Both the position numbers and the translations under genes were made by a program. A DNA stretch of 64,000 nucleotides from Acidimicrobiia bacterium (lineage in GTDB: Bacteria > Actinomycetota > Acidimicrobiia > Spongiisociales > UBA5794), in the NCBI GenBank assembly GCA_029939995.1, contig JAOZRW010000001.1, positions 25,656-89,655 of the forward strand, written 5' to 3'. Of this stretch, positions 18,944-28,597 are shown one piece after another. The notes under the pieces were generated by a model. That model saw only the letters and a program-made list of their open reading frames with translations. It was not told where the DNA came from and ran no database searches. The first letter of the stretch is position 1; every line of letters begins with the position of its first letter.

Positions 18944-20167
18944 ATGAGTCTCGACGTTGCAGCGATCCGATCGCAGTTCCCCGCACTGACCCGAACCGTC
19001 GGCGGCAGGACTGCCGCGTATCTCGACGGACCCGGAGGGACACAAGCCCCGGAATCCGTCATCGATGCGATGGCCGGCTACATGCGGGCCGGCGGCAGCA
19101 ACCACGGAGGCCCGTTCGTCACGTCCCGGGAGACCGACGCGATCACCGAGTCGGCCCGCGCAGCGATCGCCGACCTGTTCGGAGCGACGCCCGGCGAGAT
19201 CGCGTTCGGCCAGAACATGACGTCGCTCACCCTGTCGGTCAGCCGTGCCCTCGGAGCGACGTGGGGGGCGGGAGACAACGTCGTCGTGTCGCGCCTCGAC
19301 CACGACGCCGACGTCTGGCCGTGGGTGATCGCCGCCCGCGACGTCGGAGCGGAGGTTCGATGGATCGATTTCGATCCGGAAGACGGATGCCGTCTCCGCA
19401 CGGACCTGCTGGGGGAGCTCATCGACGATCGTACGCGGCTCGTCGCCGTCACCCATGCTTCGAACGCGGTCGGCACGATCCCCGACGTTCGGGCCGTGAT
19501 CGAAGCCGCCCACGCCGTCGGTGCGCTCACGTACGTCGACGCCGTCCACTACTCCCCTCACGGCCTCGTCGACGTGGCCGCCCTCGACACCGACTTCCTC
19601 GTGGCCTCTGCGTACAAGTTCTTCGGTCCGCACACCGGCTGCCTCTACGGCAAGCGACGGATCCTGGAGACGGTGGATGCCTACAAGATCCGGCCCGCTC
19701 CGGACGAGCCGCCGGACAAGTGGGAGACCGGGACCCAGAGCTTCGAGAGCCTCGCCGGCGTCGCCGCCGCCGTCGACTACATCGCCTCACTCGGCTCGGG
19801 AGAGACCAGGAGAGATCGGATCCGCTCGGCGTTCACGGCCATCGGAGCCCACGAGCGCGACCTGGCGCAACGCTTCCTCGACGGAATCGCCCGCCTCCCC
19901 CACATCACCCTGTTCGGGCGCGACGTGACCGACGGGCGGACTCCAACGTTCGCCGTGTCGATCGACGGCACCCACCCGGATGCCGTCGCCGAGACCCTCG
20001 GGGATCGAGGGATCTTCGTCTGGTCGGGCGACTACTACGCCGTCGAGGTGATGCGTCGCCTCGGTGTCGCCGACGAAGGAGGTCTCGTTCGCATCGGGTT
20101 CGCCCACTACAACACCGTCGAGGAAGTCGACCGGGTGGTCGCGGCCCTCGCTGCTCTCGCCCGTTGA
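18944..20167 (+). CDS. class V aminotransferase, cysteine desulfurase-like protein
   Basis: 407 aa. IRSQFPAL..YLDGPGGTQAP..HASNAVGT..SAYKFFGPH (PLP Lys). AGGAGG RBS. Confidence 0.85.
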   Translation: MSLDVAAIRSQFPALTRTVGGRTAAYLDGPGGTQAPESVIDAMAGYMRAGGSNHGGPFVTSRETDAITESARAAIADLFGATPGEIAFGQNMTSLTLSVSRALGATWGAGDNVVVSRLDHDADVWPWVIAARDVGAEVRWIDFDPEDGCRLRTDLLGELIDDRTRLVAVTHASNAVGTIPDVRAVIEAAHAVGALTYVDAVHYSPHGLVDVAALDTDFLVASAYKFFGPHTGCLYGKRRILETVDAYKIRPAPDEPPDKWETGTQSFESLAGVAAAVDYIASLGSGETRRDRIRSAFTAIGAHERDLAQRFLDGIARLPHITLFGRDVTDGRTPTFAVSIDGTHPDAVAETLGDRGIFVWSGDYYAVEVMRRLGVADEGGLVRIGFAHYNTVEEVDRVVAALAALAR

Positions 20168-20171
20168 GCGC

Positions 20172-21530
20172 ATGAGGAGATTCCCGGACGACTTCGTGTT
20201 CGGCGTCGCCGCCAGTGCGTATCAGATCGAGGGCGCGTGGGACGAGGATGGGAAAGGTGAATCGATCTGGGATCGATTCGTCGAGCAACCCGGCAGGATC
20301 CTCGGCGGCGAGACCGGCAGGGTCGCATGCGACCACTACCACCGTTACCGGGAGGACGTCGCCCTCATGGCCGACGCCGGGATCCCCGCCTACAGCTTGA
20401 CGACGGCGTGGACGCGCGTCGTACCGAGTGGGACCGGACCGATCGAGCCGCGCGGGATCGCGTTCTACGACCGTCTCGTCGACGAACTCCTCGAACACGG
20501 CATCACGCCGTACGTCACGCTGTACCACTGGGATCTGCCGCAGGGTCTGCAGGACCGCGGCGGGTGGGCGAATCGGGACACCGTCGACGCCTTCGTCCGG
20601 TATGCCGAGATCATGAGCGCCGTCCTGGGCGACCGGGTCAAGCACTGGAAGACGCACAACGAACCGTGGGTGGCGGCGTTCGTCGGGCACCGGGACGGCG
20701 TCTTCGCCCCGGGACACACCGACTTTTCCGAGGCCCTCACCGTTGCCCACCACATCCTGCTCTCCCACGGACGGGCCGTCCCCGTCATCCGCTCCAACGT
20801 CCCGGATGCGGAGGTCGGGGTCGTCCTCGACTGCCGCCCCTCCACTCCGGCAAGCGACTCGCCCCGAGACGTCGACGCCCGACGACACTTCGACGGGTTC
20901 CGCAACCGGTGGTTCTTCGATCCCATCTTCGGGAAGGGCTATCCGCGGGACATGATCGACGACTACCGGAGCCGGGGACGGTTCGACACGGAGGAGCCGC
21001 CGTTCGTTCGATCCGGCGACCTCGACGAGATCGCGGCACCGATCGACTTCATCGGCGTCAACTACTACACGGCGCTCACCGTGGCCGCCGGTGAAGACGA
21101 GACGGAGGACACGGGCGTCGAGCCCGGGCCGAACCCCCCGGACGGATACACCGAGATGGGGTGGCCGATCGTCCCGGCGGCGCTCACCGGCTTCCTGGAA
21201 CGTCTCCACCACGACTACGGGGCCACCGACATCCGGATCACCGAGAACGGCGCCTCGTACTCGGATGGTCCCGGACCGGACGGGCGGATCCACGACCACC
21301 GCCGCATCGACTATCTCCACGAGCATCTCGACGCGGTCGCCGACGCCATCGACCTCGGCGTGCCGGTGACCGGCTACTTCGTATGGTCCATCCTCGACAA
21401 CTTCGAATGGGCGCTCGGCTACTCGCAGCGCTTCGGCCTCGTCTGGGTCGACCACGAGACCGGCGAGCGCATCCCGAAAGACAGCCTGGCCTGGTACTCC
21501 GACGTGATCGCGTCGCTAACGCTCTCCTGA
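20172..21530 (+). CDS. GH1 beta-glucosidase
   Basis: FPDDFVFGVAASAYQIEGA, TLYHWDLPQ, THNEP and ITENGA catalytic motifs are present. Confidence 0.93.
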   Translation: MRRFPDDFVFGVAASAYQIEGAWDEDGKGESIWDRFVEQPGRILGGETGRVACDHYHRYREDVALMADAGIPAYSLTTAWTRVVPSGTGPIEPRGIAFYDRLVDELLEHGITPYVTLYHWDLPQGLQDRGGWANRDTVDAFVRYAEIMSAVLGDRVKHWKTHNEPWVAAFVGHRDGVFAPGHTDFSEALTVAHHILLSHGRAVPVIRSNVPDAEVGVVLDCRPSTPASDSPRDVDARRHFDGFRNRWFFDPIFGKGYPRDMIDDYRSRGRFDTEEPPFVRSGDLDEIAAPIDFIGVNYYTALTVAAGEDETEDTGVEPGPNPPDGYTEMGWPIVPAALTGFLERLHHDYGATDIRITENGASYSDGPGPDGRIHDHRRIDYLHEHLDAVADAIDLGVPVTGYFVWSILDNFEWALGYSQRFGLVWVDHETGERIPKDSLAWYSDVIASLTLS

Positions 21531-21586
21531 AGCACGCGACCCGTATCATCACGGAATCAATCGAGACGACCGAGGTTCACCATCCC

Positions 21587-22099
21587 ATGGACGCACAGGC
21601 ACTCCTCGAATATCGCGCAGCGAAGGACGACTTCTTCAAGAACAGCCCCCAGTCACCGATCCCACCGGATCGCCGGGCGTCGTTCACCGGATTGAGCTAC
21701 TACGACCCCGACCCGGATCTCGTCTTCACCGTCCCGGTCGACGTCATCGACCCGGAACCCGTCACCGTCGGGACGACGACCGGCGAGGAGCGGGTGTATC
21801 ACAAGATCGGCACCGCCACCGTCACGATCGACGGTGAGGACGTGACGCTGGCGCTCTACTCGACCGGCCACCCCGGCTTGTTCCTGCCGTTCCGCGACGC
21901 CACGTCGGGCAAGGAGACCTACGGAGCCGGGCGTTATCTCGACGTCGAGCCGAACGGGGATGGAACCGTCACCATCGACTTCAACCAGGCGTACGCGCCG
22001 TTCTGCGCATACAGCGAGGCCTACTCGTGCGCCTTGCCGCCGTATGAGAACTGGCTGGACGTGCCGATCCGGGCCGGTGAGCGCAACCCCGCCGACTGA
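21587..22099 (+). CDS. DUF1684 domain protein
   Basis: YRAAKDDFFKNSPQSPIP..GAGRYLDVEP..DFNQAYAPFCAYS is typical of DUF1684. Confidence 0.8.
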   Translation: MDAQALLEYRAAKDDFFKNSPQSPIPPDRRASFTGLSYYDPDPDLVFTVPVDVIDPEPVTVGTTTGEERVYHKIGTATVTIDGEDVTLALYSTGHPGLFLPFRDATSGKETYGAGRYLDVEPNGDGTVTIDFNQAYAPFCAYSEAYSCALPPYENWLDVPIRAGERNPAD

Positions 22100-22116
22100 C
22101 GGGATACGCTGGGGCC

Positions 22117-23205
22117 ATGCGCACCCTGATCACCGTTCGCGAGCCCGGTAGCGATCCGTTCCCACTCGTCGTCGACGGCGACCGGTTCTCCGATCCCGAC
22201 GACGGCCCCATCGACGACGAAATCGCCACCGGCCGCCTGTTCGCCCTGTCCGGCCTCGCAGACTCTCACGCCCATCTGGGACTCACCGGCATCGGCGAGA
22301 TGGCGGGGATCTCCGAGGACGAGATCCGGGAGAACAGCGTCCGGAACGCGTGGATGCAGGTCGAGGGCGGTGTCCTCCTCATCATCGACAAGGGCTCGTC
22401 GAGCGACGTGTCCCTCGAAATCCTCGATGCGCCTCCGACGGAACGACCCGAAGCGAGCATGGCGGGGAGGATCATCGCCCCGCCGGGCGGCTACTACCCC
22501 GGCTACGGACACGAGGTCGACGAAGCAGGTCTCGTCGAAGCCGTCCGGCATGCAGCGGGTGGCCGGGCCGAGTGGGTGAAGATCATCGGCGACTGGCCTC
22601 GCAAGGGCATCGGACCGCAAGCGAACTACGGAGCGGACGCGCTGACGAAAGCGGTCGAGATCGCCCACGCTGCGGGCCGACGGGTCGCCGTCCACACGAT
22701 GGCACCGCAGGGCATCGAGCCTGCGATCTCGGCCGGCGTCGACTCGATCGAGCACGGCCTGTTCCTGTCCGGAGACGACCTGCCCGGCCTTGCAGCGCGC
22801 GGCGGCGCGTGGGTGCCGACCGTCCTCGGCGCCGAGGCCATCATCGAGATGCTCGGCGCCGACAGCACCGGCGGGCGCCTCCTCCGTCGCGGTGTCGACA
22901 ACGTCCGGAACCTCCTCCCCGAAGCGGAACGCCTGGGCATCACCGTCCTGGCCGGAACCGACCTCGCCGTGCCGCACGGGAAGGTCGCCCTCGAAGCGAT
23001 CCGACTCCACGAACTCGGGCTGACCGCCGGAGGAGCGCTGCACGCCGTGACGACCGCAGCCCACGACTACCTCGGCATCGAGCACGGCTTCTCACAGGGG
23101 AAGCCGGCGAACGCCGTGTTCGTCGAAGCCGATCCACGGGAGCACCTCCCGACGCTGCTCAACCCTCGGATCGTGATCCGGGCGGGCCGCATCGTCGGAA
23201 GGTGA
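22117..23205 (+). CDS. amidohydrolase family protein
   Basis: Metal motif ADSHAHLG, later VAVHT and SIEHG. Length 362 aa. Confidence 0.8.
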   Translation: MRTLITVREPGSDPFPLVVDGDRFSDPDDGPIDDEIATGRLFALSGLADSHAHLGLTGIGEMAGISEDEIRENSVRNAWMQVEGGVLLIIDKGSSSDVSLEILDAPPTERPEASMAGRIIAPPGGYYPGYGHEVDEAGLVEAVRHAAGGRAEWVKIIGDWPRKGIGPQANYGADALTKAVEIAHAAGRRVAVHTMAPQGIEPAISAGVDSIEHGLFLSGDDLPGLAARGGAWVPTVLGAEAIIEMLGADSTGGRLLRRGVDNVRNLLPEAERLGITVLAGTDLAVPHGKVALEAIRLHELGLTAGGALHAVTTAAHDYLGIEHGFSQGKPANAVFVEADPREHLPTLLNPRIVIRAGRIVGR

Positions 23206-23223
23206 CGGTGTTCCGCTCGACGG

Positions 23224-23682
23224 TCAGCCGACGATGTAGGTGCCGGTGCCGACGGCGATGAGCGTCCCCTCGTCGTTGTGGAACTCCATGCGGGTGACGG
23301 CCACGCGCGAGCCGGTGCGCAGCACGACCGCCGACGCGTCGAACCATTCGCCGACACCCGGGCGGAGGTAGTCGACGCGCATGTCGATCGTTCCGATCTT
23401 CGAGAAGATGCGTGCCGCTTCTTCCTGAGTCTCGGGAAGGTCCCTCCCGACGACCCCCATCATCGCGGCGATCCCGCCGACGACGTCGAGCGTCGACGAG
23501 ATGACGCCTCCGTGGAGATACCCGCGGGCGAAGTTGCCGACGAGCTCGTCACGGCGATCGACGCGGATGTGGACCGTCCCGTCGTCACCGATCCGGCAGT
23601 CGCGAAGCCCGAGCTTCCGGTTGAACGGGATGAGATTCTCGGCCACCTCGACGAGGGCGGCCAGCGTGTCGAAACCGGGCAT
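23224..23682 (-). CDS. PaaI/hotdog-fold thioesterase
   Basis: IPFNRKLGL..GYLHGGVISSTLDVVGG is characteristic of PaaI-type thioesterases. Confidence 0.8.
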   Translation of the reverse strand: MPGFDTLAALVEVAENLIPFNRKLGLRDCRIGDDGTVHIRVDRRDELVGNFARGYLHGGVISSTLDVVGGIAAMMGVVGRDLPETQEEAARIFSKIGTIDMRVDYLRPGVGEWFDASAVVLRTGSRVAVTRMEFHNDEGTLIAVGTGTYIVG

Positions 23683-23729
23683 GGGGCGAGTCTACGACTC
23701 CCCGATTTCCCCCGATCCGAGATTGGGGC

Positions 23730-23758
23730 TTGTAATCCGATCGGATCTGTGTCATATT
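23730..23758 (+). promoter_or_regulatory. candidate promoter of the sigma factor gene, with a 12-bp palindrome in the spacer
   Basis: TTGTAA-17 nt-CATATT. The spacer contains the perfect palindrome atccgatcggat (23735-23746). The local region is AT-richer than its surroundings. Confidence 0.3.
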
Positions 23759-23953
23759 GACGTTTCGAACGAGCCGGTTGGCGCTCGGGAACCCCTCCGT
23801 CGTTGAGAGCGTTGTTCCATGTACGAAACCGATCAACCGGGAACCAAACGCTGTGGTCGAAGCGTCTAAGAACAGACGCTGGAATCGATGGGGCCGAATC
23901 TCCAAGACCCGCAGCATTCAAACGCGAACCTACAAGTGAAGGATTTCACAAAC

Positions 23954-24898
23954 ATGAAAACTGCAGAGAAGATGCGATGGGTCGGGCAACCGCTCGAGAT
24001 GGGCGACAGCTTGACCCGGTACCTCCAGGAAATCTCATACCACGAGCTGCTCACGGCAGACGAGGAAGTCGAACTCGCCCAGGCCATCGAAGCCGGGCGT
24101 GAGGCAGAAGAGCAGCTCGCCGCCGTCTCGGTGCGGGGCGCCCAGAAGGTACGCCTCGAGCGGACCGCCCGCAAGGGTCGTGAAGCCCGGGAACGGTTCA
24201 CGCAGGCCAACCTCCGCCTCGTCGTGAGCCAGGCGAAGCGTTACCGCAGCCAGTTCGGCATCGAGTTCATCGACCTCATCCAGGAGGGCAACCTCGGGCT
24301 CATCCGTGCGGTCGAGAAGTTCGATTGGCGCAAGGGCTTCAAGTTCTCCACGTACGCAACCTGGTGGATCCGCCAGTCGATGCAGCGGGCGGTCGCCGAG
24401 AAGTCGCGCACGGTGCGGCTCCCGAACTCGCTCCACGACACGCTCGTGACGCTCAACAGCACCCGTAACCGCCTCCTCTCCGAGCTCGGCCGCGAGCCGA
24501 CGCCGGAGGAGCTCGCCGAGGAGTCGGGCCTCTCCCTCAACGCCGTCGTCGAGGCGCAGCTCGTCAACGACTCCGTTTCTCTCGAAGCGCCCGTCGGCGA
24601 AGATGGTGCGGTCCTCGGAGACTTCGTCGCTCATCACGACGAGGAAGACCCGGTGCGTGAGACCGAGAAGGCGACCGCCATCGAGGCGCTCCGCGAGGCG
24701 ATCAATCGCCTCCCGGAACGAGAGGCGTACATCCTCTCGATGCGGGTCGGTTTCGAAGACGGCCTCCCCCGTACGCACGAGGAGATCGGCGGGAACCTCG
24801 GACTCGGACCGACGCGGGTTCGCTCGATCGAGAAGCTCGCTCTCTCCAAGCTCCGTCACCCGGCGTTCGGTCTCCGGGAAGACGCGATGGACTTCTAG
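23954..24898 (+). CDS. group 2 (SigB-like) sigma-70 family RNA polymerase sigma factor
   Basis: Regions 1.2 to 4.2 are recognisable: [62 protein letters not shown]. The start is uncertain (23888 or 23954). Confidence 0.88.
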   Translation: MKTAEKMRWVGQPLEMGDSLTRYLQEISYHELLTADEEVELAQAIEAGREAEEQLAAVSVRGAQKVRLERTARKGREARERFTQANLRLVVSQAKRYRSQFGIEFIDLIQEGNLGLIRAVEKFDWRKGFKFSTYATWWIRQSMQRAVAEKSRTVRLPNSLHDTLVTLNSTRNRLLSELGREPTPEELAEESGLSLNAVVEAQLVNDSVSLEAPVGEDGAVLGDFVAHHDEEDPVRETEKATAIEALREAINRLPEREAYILSMRVGFEDGLPRTHEEIGGNLGLGPTRVRSIEKLALSKLRHPAFGLREDAMDF

Positions 24899-24920
24899 TC
24901 CGAACCGACTCCGTCAAGAA

Positions 24921-24952
24921 CGAGGGCCGTCTCCGCAGGGAGGCGGCCCTCG
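24921..24952 (+). terminator. hairpin after sigma factor gene
   Basis: cgagggccgtctcc-gcag-ggaggcggccctcg: a 14-bp stem with one G-U pair. Confidence 0.5.
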
Positions 24953-25026
24953 TCGATGACGGATCCCGTCCGCGCACCCCCCGCCATGCGCGACAATGGG
25001 CTCCCAACCGACACGAAGGAGTGACC

Positions 25027-26334
25027 ATGGCCGCGAAGCATCCCGGCGTCGTATACGGACGCCGCGTCGCGATCGTCGACGGTCTTCGCACGCCGTTCGC
25101 GAAGTCCGGCACGGTGTTCAAGGACCTCACCGCCCTCGATCTCGCATCCGGCGTCGTCAAAGAGCTTCTCCAACGGTCCGGCGTCTCCGGAAGCCGGGTC
25201 GATCAGGTCGTCTTCGGCTCGGTCATCGCCGATCCGAACGCGCCGAACATCGCCCGCGAGATCGTCCTCGCCGGCGACTTCCCGCAGACCGTCGAGGCCT
25301 TCTCCGTGAGCCGGGCCTGCGCCACCTCGACCCAGTCCGTCGTCTCGGGAACCCAGTCGATCCTCCTCGGCGACGCCGACATCGTGATCGCCGGCGGCGC
25401 CGACTCGCTGTCGAGACCTCCGGTGCTCTACTCCGATCGTTTCGTCGATGTGCTCATGGACGCCAACGCGGCCAAGGACATCGGGGCCAAGGTCAAGGCG
25501 TTCTCCGGTCTCCGCCCGAAGGACCTCGCTCCCAACCCGCCGGCGATCGCCGAACGTTCCACCGGACTCACGATGGGCGACTCCGCCGAGATCATGGCGA
25601 AGGAGAACGGCATCACACGCGAGGCCCAGGACGAGTACGCGCTGCGATCGCATCAGAAGTCCGTCGCAGCGTGGGAGAACGGCGTCTTCGACGACGAGGT
25701 CATGCCGTTCCCCGTCGGGCCCGACTACCGGACGACGGTGACCCGGGACAACATCCCGCGAGCCGACTCGACGCTCGAGCAGCTCGCACAGCTCCGCCCC
25801 GTCTTCGACAGGAAGTACGGCACGATCACCGCCGCGAGTTCATCGCCGCTCACGGACGGAGCGTCGGCGGTGGTCCTGATGGAGGCGAAGACGGCAGAAC
25901 GGCTCGGGTATGAACCGCGGGCGTTCATCCGCTCCTGGGCGTTCGCCGGCCTCGATCCCAACTGGCAGCTCCTGATGGGTCCGTCCTTCGCGACGCCGAA
26001 GGCCCTCGACAAGGCCGGGTTGACGCTCGACGACATCGACGTGATCGACATGCACGAGGCGTTCGCCGCGCAGGTGCTCTCGAACCTCCAGGCGTTCGCA
26101 TCGACCGAGTGGGCGAAGCGGTGGCTCGGAAGGGATGAGGCGATCGGCGAGATACCGGACGACAAACTCAACCTCTACGGCGGTTCGATCAGCCTCGGAC
26201 ACCCGTTCGGGGCGACCGGAACCCGACAGATCCTGACGATGGCCAACGAACTCGTCCGACGCGGGGAGGGCACGGCCCTCGTCACCCAATGTGCCGCCGG
26301 TGGCCTCGGCGCAGCCGTCGTACTCGAGCGGTAG
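25027..26334 (+). CDS. fadA: acetyl-CoA C-acyltransferase (thiolase)
   Basis: VSRACATSTQ (active Cys), GGSISLGHPFGATG and the terminal CAAGG are present. GAAGGAG lies 7 nt before the ATG. Confidence 0.93.
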   Translation: MAAKHPGVVYGRRVAIVDGLRTPFAKSGTVFKDLTALDLASGVVKELLQRSGVSGSRVDQVVFGSVIADPNAPNIAREIVLAGDFPQTVEAFSVSRACATSTQSVVSGTQSILLGDADIVIAGGADSLSRPPVLYSDRFVDVLMDANAAKDIGAKVKAFSGLRPKDLAPNPPAIAERSTGLTMGDSAEIMAKENGITREAQDEYALRSHQKSVAAWENGVFDDEVMPFPVGPDYRTTVTRDNIPRADSTLEQLAQLRPVFDRKYGTITAASSSPLTDGASAVVLMEAKTAERLGYEPRAFIRSWAFAGLDPNWQLLMGPSFATPKALDKAGLTLDDIDVIDMHEAFAAQVLSNLQAFASTEWAKRWLGRDEAIGEIPDDKLNLYGGSISLGHPFGATGTRQILTMANELVRRGEGTALVTQCAAGGLGAAVVLER

Positions 26335-26344
26335 GGAGAGAGCA

Positions 26345-28507
26345 ATGGAACTCACACACTTCTCGTTCAGCGTCGAAGACGGCATCGCCGTCGTTCTCCT
26401 GGATCGTGCCGGCGAGCCCGTCAACACGATCGGGCCGGCGATCTTCGACGACTTCAACACTGTGGTCGAACGGATCGAGACCGATCCGTCGATCAAGGCC
26501 GCCGTCTTCGGCTCGGCGAAGCGCAACAACTTCCTCGCGGGCGCCGACATCCGGTTCTTCGACACGATCACCGAGGCGGAGGAAGGGGCCGCCGTGATCC
26601 GGCAGCTCCACGCCCTCTTCACCCGCATCGAGGCGCTCCACGCGGTCCACGACAAGCCCGTCGTGATGGCGATCGACGGAGCGTGCCTCGGCGGAGGACT
26701 CGAGTTCGCGCTGACCGGCTCGATGCGGATCGCCACGGACAGCAAGAAGACGCAGCTCGGCCAGCCCGAGGTGCAACTCGGCATCCTGCCCGCCGGCGGC
26801 GCGACGCAGCGTCTCCCGAAACTCGTCGGCATCGCGACCGCCCTCGACATGATCCTCACCGGCCGCCCGGTCCGGCCGCACAAAGCCCGGAAGATCGGAT
26901 TGGTCGATGAGGTCGTGCCCCGCGAGGTGCTCTACGACGTGGCGAAGCGCCGTGCGTCGGAGGCGATCGGTCACCTCGGCGAGGGCGGCGGCTCCTCGTT
27001 CAAGTCGTTCCTCGCCCCGACGCATCTCCAGGATCTCGCTCTCGAACAGAACCCGGTCGGCCGCAGGGTCCTGTTCAAGAAGGCCGAGGAGGCGATGCTC
27101 GAGAAGACGAAGGGTCTCTACCCCGCACCGAAGCGCGCGCTCGAAGCCGTGAAGATCGGCATCGAGCAGGGCAACGCCGCGGGCTACGAAGCGGAAGCGA
27201 CCTTCTTCGGCGAACTCATCATCTCCCCGGAGTCGAAGGCGCTGCGCGGAATCTTCTTCGCCACGCAGATGATGAAACATGCAACCGGCATCGGCGGCAA
27301 CGCAGAACCGAAGCAGGTCTCCAAAGTCGGGGTCCTCGGCGGCGGTCTCATGGGAGCGGGAATCGCCACGGTTTCCGTCCTGAAGGCCGGAGCGACGGTG
27401 AGGATCAAGGAAGTCGACACCGACGGCGTCGCGCACGCCCTCCGCCACGTCTCACAGCAGATCTCGAAACAGGTGACCCGCCGCAAGATGACCCCCTTCG
27501 AAGGGGAGCAGGCGATGAACAAGGTCACCGCGACGACGGACTGGAGCGGGTTCGAGAACACCGATCTCGTGATCGAGGCGGTCTTCGAGTCGCTCGAGTT
27601 GAAGCAGGACCTGCTCGAGCAAGTCGAGGGCCTGGTCGGCGACGACGTCGTGTTCGCCTCGAACACGTCCTCCCTCCCGATCGGCCAGATCGCCGCTCGC
27701 GCCGCACGCCCCGAGGCGGTGCTCGGCATGCACTACTTCTCCCCCGTCGAGAAGATGCCGCTGCTCGAGGTCATCGTCACCGAGGACACCGCCGACTGGG
27801 CGACCGCCACCGCCGTCGAGTTCGGCAAGCGCCAGGGCAAGACCGTCATCGTCGTCAAGGACGGACCGGGCTTCTACACGACGAGGATCCTCGTTCCCTA
27901 CCTGAACGAAGCCTTCTTCCTGCTCGCCGACGGCGCTTCCGTCGAGGCGATCGACGATGCGATGGTGAACTGGGGATTCCCGGTGGGGCCGTTGCTCCTC
28001 ACCGATGAGGTCGGCATCGACGTCGGCGCTCACATCGTGAAGATCATGGGCGATGCCTTCGGCGATCGGATCGCCGGACCCGACATGATGGCCGGCCTCG
28101 TCGAGGACGAACGCAAGGGCCGCAAGAACGGCCGCGGCTTCTACCTCTACAACGACAAGGGCGAGCGGGGCACCGTGGACGACACCGTCTACAAGGCGCT
28201 CGGTCTCGGACCGCGCCGCGTCCTCACCGAGGCGGAGATCAGCGGAAGGATCGTGTCGGCCATGGTCAACGAGGCCGCCCGATGCCTGGAAGAGGGGATC
28301 CTGCGGTCCTCCCTCGACGGTGACATCGGTGCCGTCATGGGTCTCGGGTTCCCGCCGTTCCGCGGCGGCCCGTTCTGGTGGATGGACCAGGTCGGCGCCG
28401 GCGAGATCGCCGCGAAACTCGAGTCGCTCGCCGCCGAGCACGGCGAACGCTTCGAACCGGCGTCCATCATCCGGTCCCGTGCGGAAGAGGGCCGGACCTT
28501 CCGCTGA
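26345..28507 (+). CDS. fadB: bifunctional enoyl-CoA hydratase / 3-hydroxyacyl-CoA dehydrogenase
   Basis: N-terminal crotonase fold (FLAGADI, GGGLEFAL). NAD site VGVLGGGLMGAGIA. HAD C-terminal domains. Confidence 0.93.
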   Translation: MELTHFSFSVEDGIAVVLLDRAGEPVNTIGPAIFDDFNTVVERIETDPSIKAAVFGSAKRNNFLAGADIRFFDTITEAEEGAAVIRQLHALFTRIEALHAVHDKPVVMAIDGACLGGGLEFALTGSMRIATDSKKTQLGQPEVQLGILPAGGATQRLPKLVGIATALDMILTGRPVRPHKARKIGLVDEVVPREVLYDVAKRRASEAIGHLGEGGGSSFKSFLAPTHLQDLALEQNPVGRRVLFKKAEEAMLEKTKGLYPAPKRALEAVKIGIEQGNAAGYEAEATFFGELIISPESKALRGIFFATQMMKHATGIGGNAEPKQVSKVGVLGGGLMGAGIATVSVLKAGATVRIKEVDTDGVAHALRHVSQQISKQVTRRKMTPFEGEQAMNKVTATTDWSGFENTDLVIEAVFESLELKQDLLEQVEGLVGDDVVFASNTSSLPIGQIAARAARPEAVLGMHYFSPVEKMPLLEVIVTEDTADWATATAVEFGKRQGKTVIVVKDGPGFYTTRILVPYLNEAFFLLADGASVEAIDDAMVNWGFPVGPLLLTDEVGIDVGAHIVKIMGDAFGDRIAGPDMMAGLVEDERKGRKNGRGFYLYNDKGERGTVDDTVYKALGLGPRRVLTEAEISGRIVSAMVNEAARCLEEGILRSSLDGDIGAVMGLGFPPFRGGPFWWMDQVGAGEIAAKLESLAAEHGERFEPASIIRSRAEEGRTFR

Positions 28508-28597
28508 CAAGCCGGCCGTGCGGAGGAGCACCACCCCGTCCGGGGTCGGCGCCCCGGATCGCGCCCGCCTCTGCAGGAGTACGCTTCCGCAGCGAAC

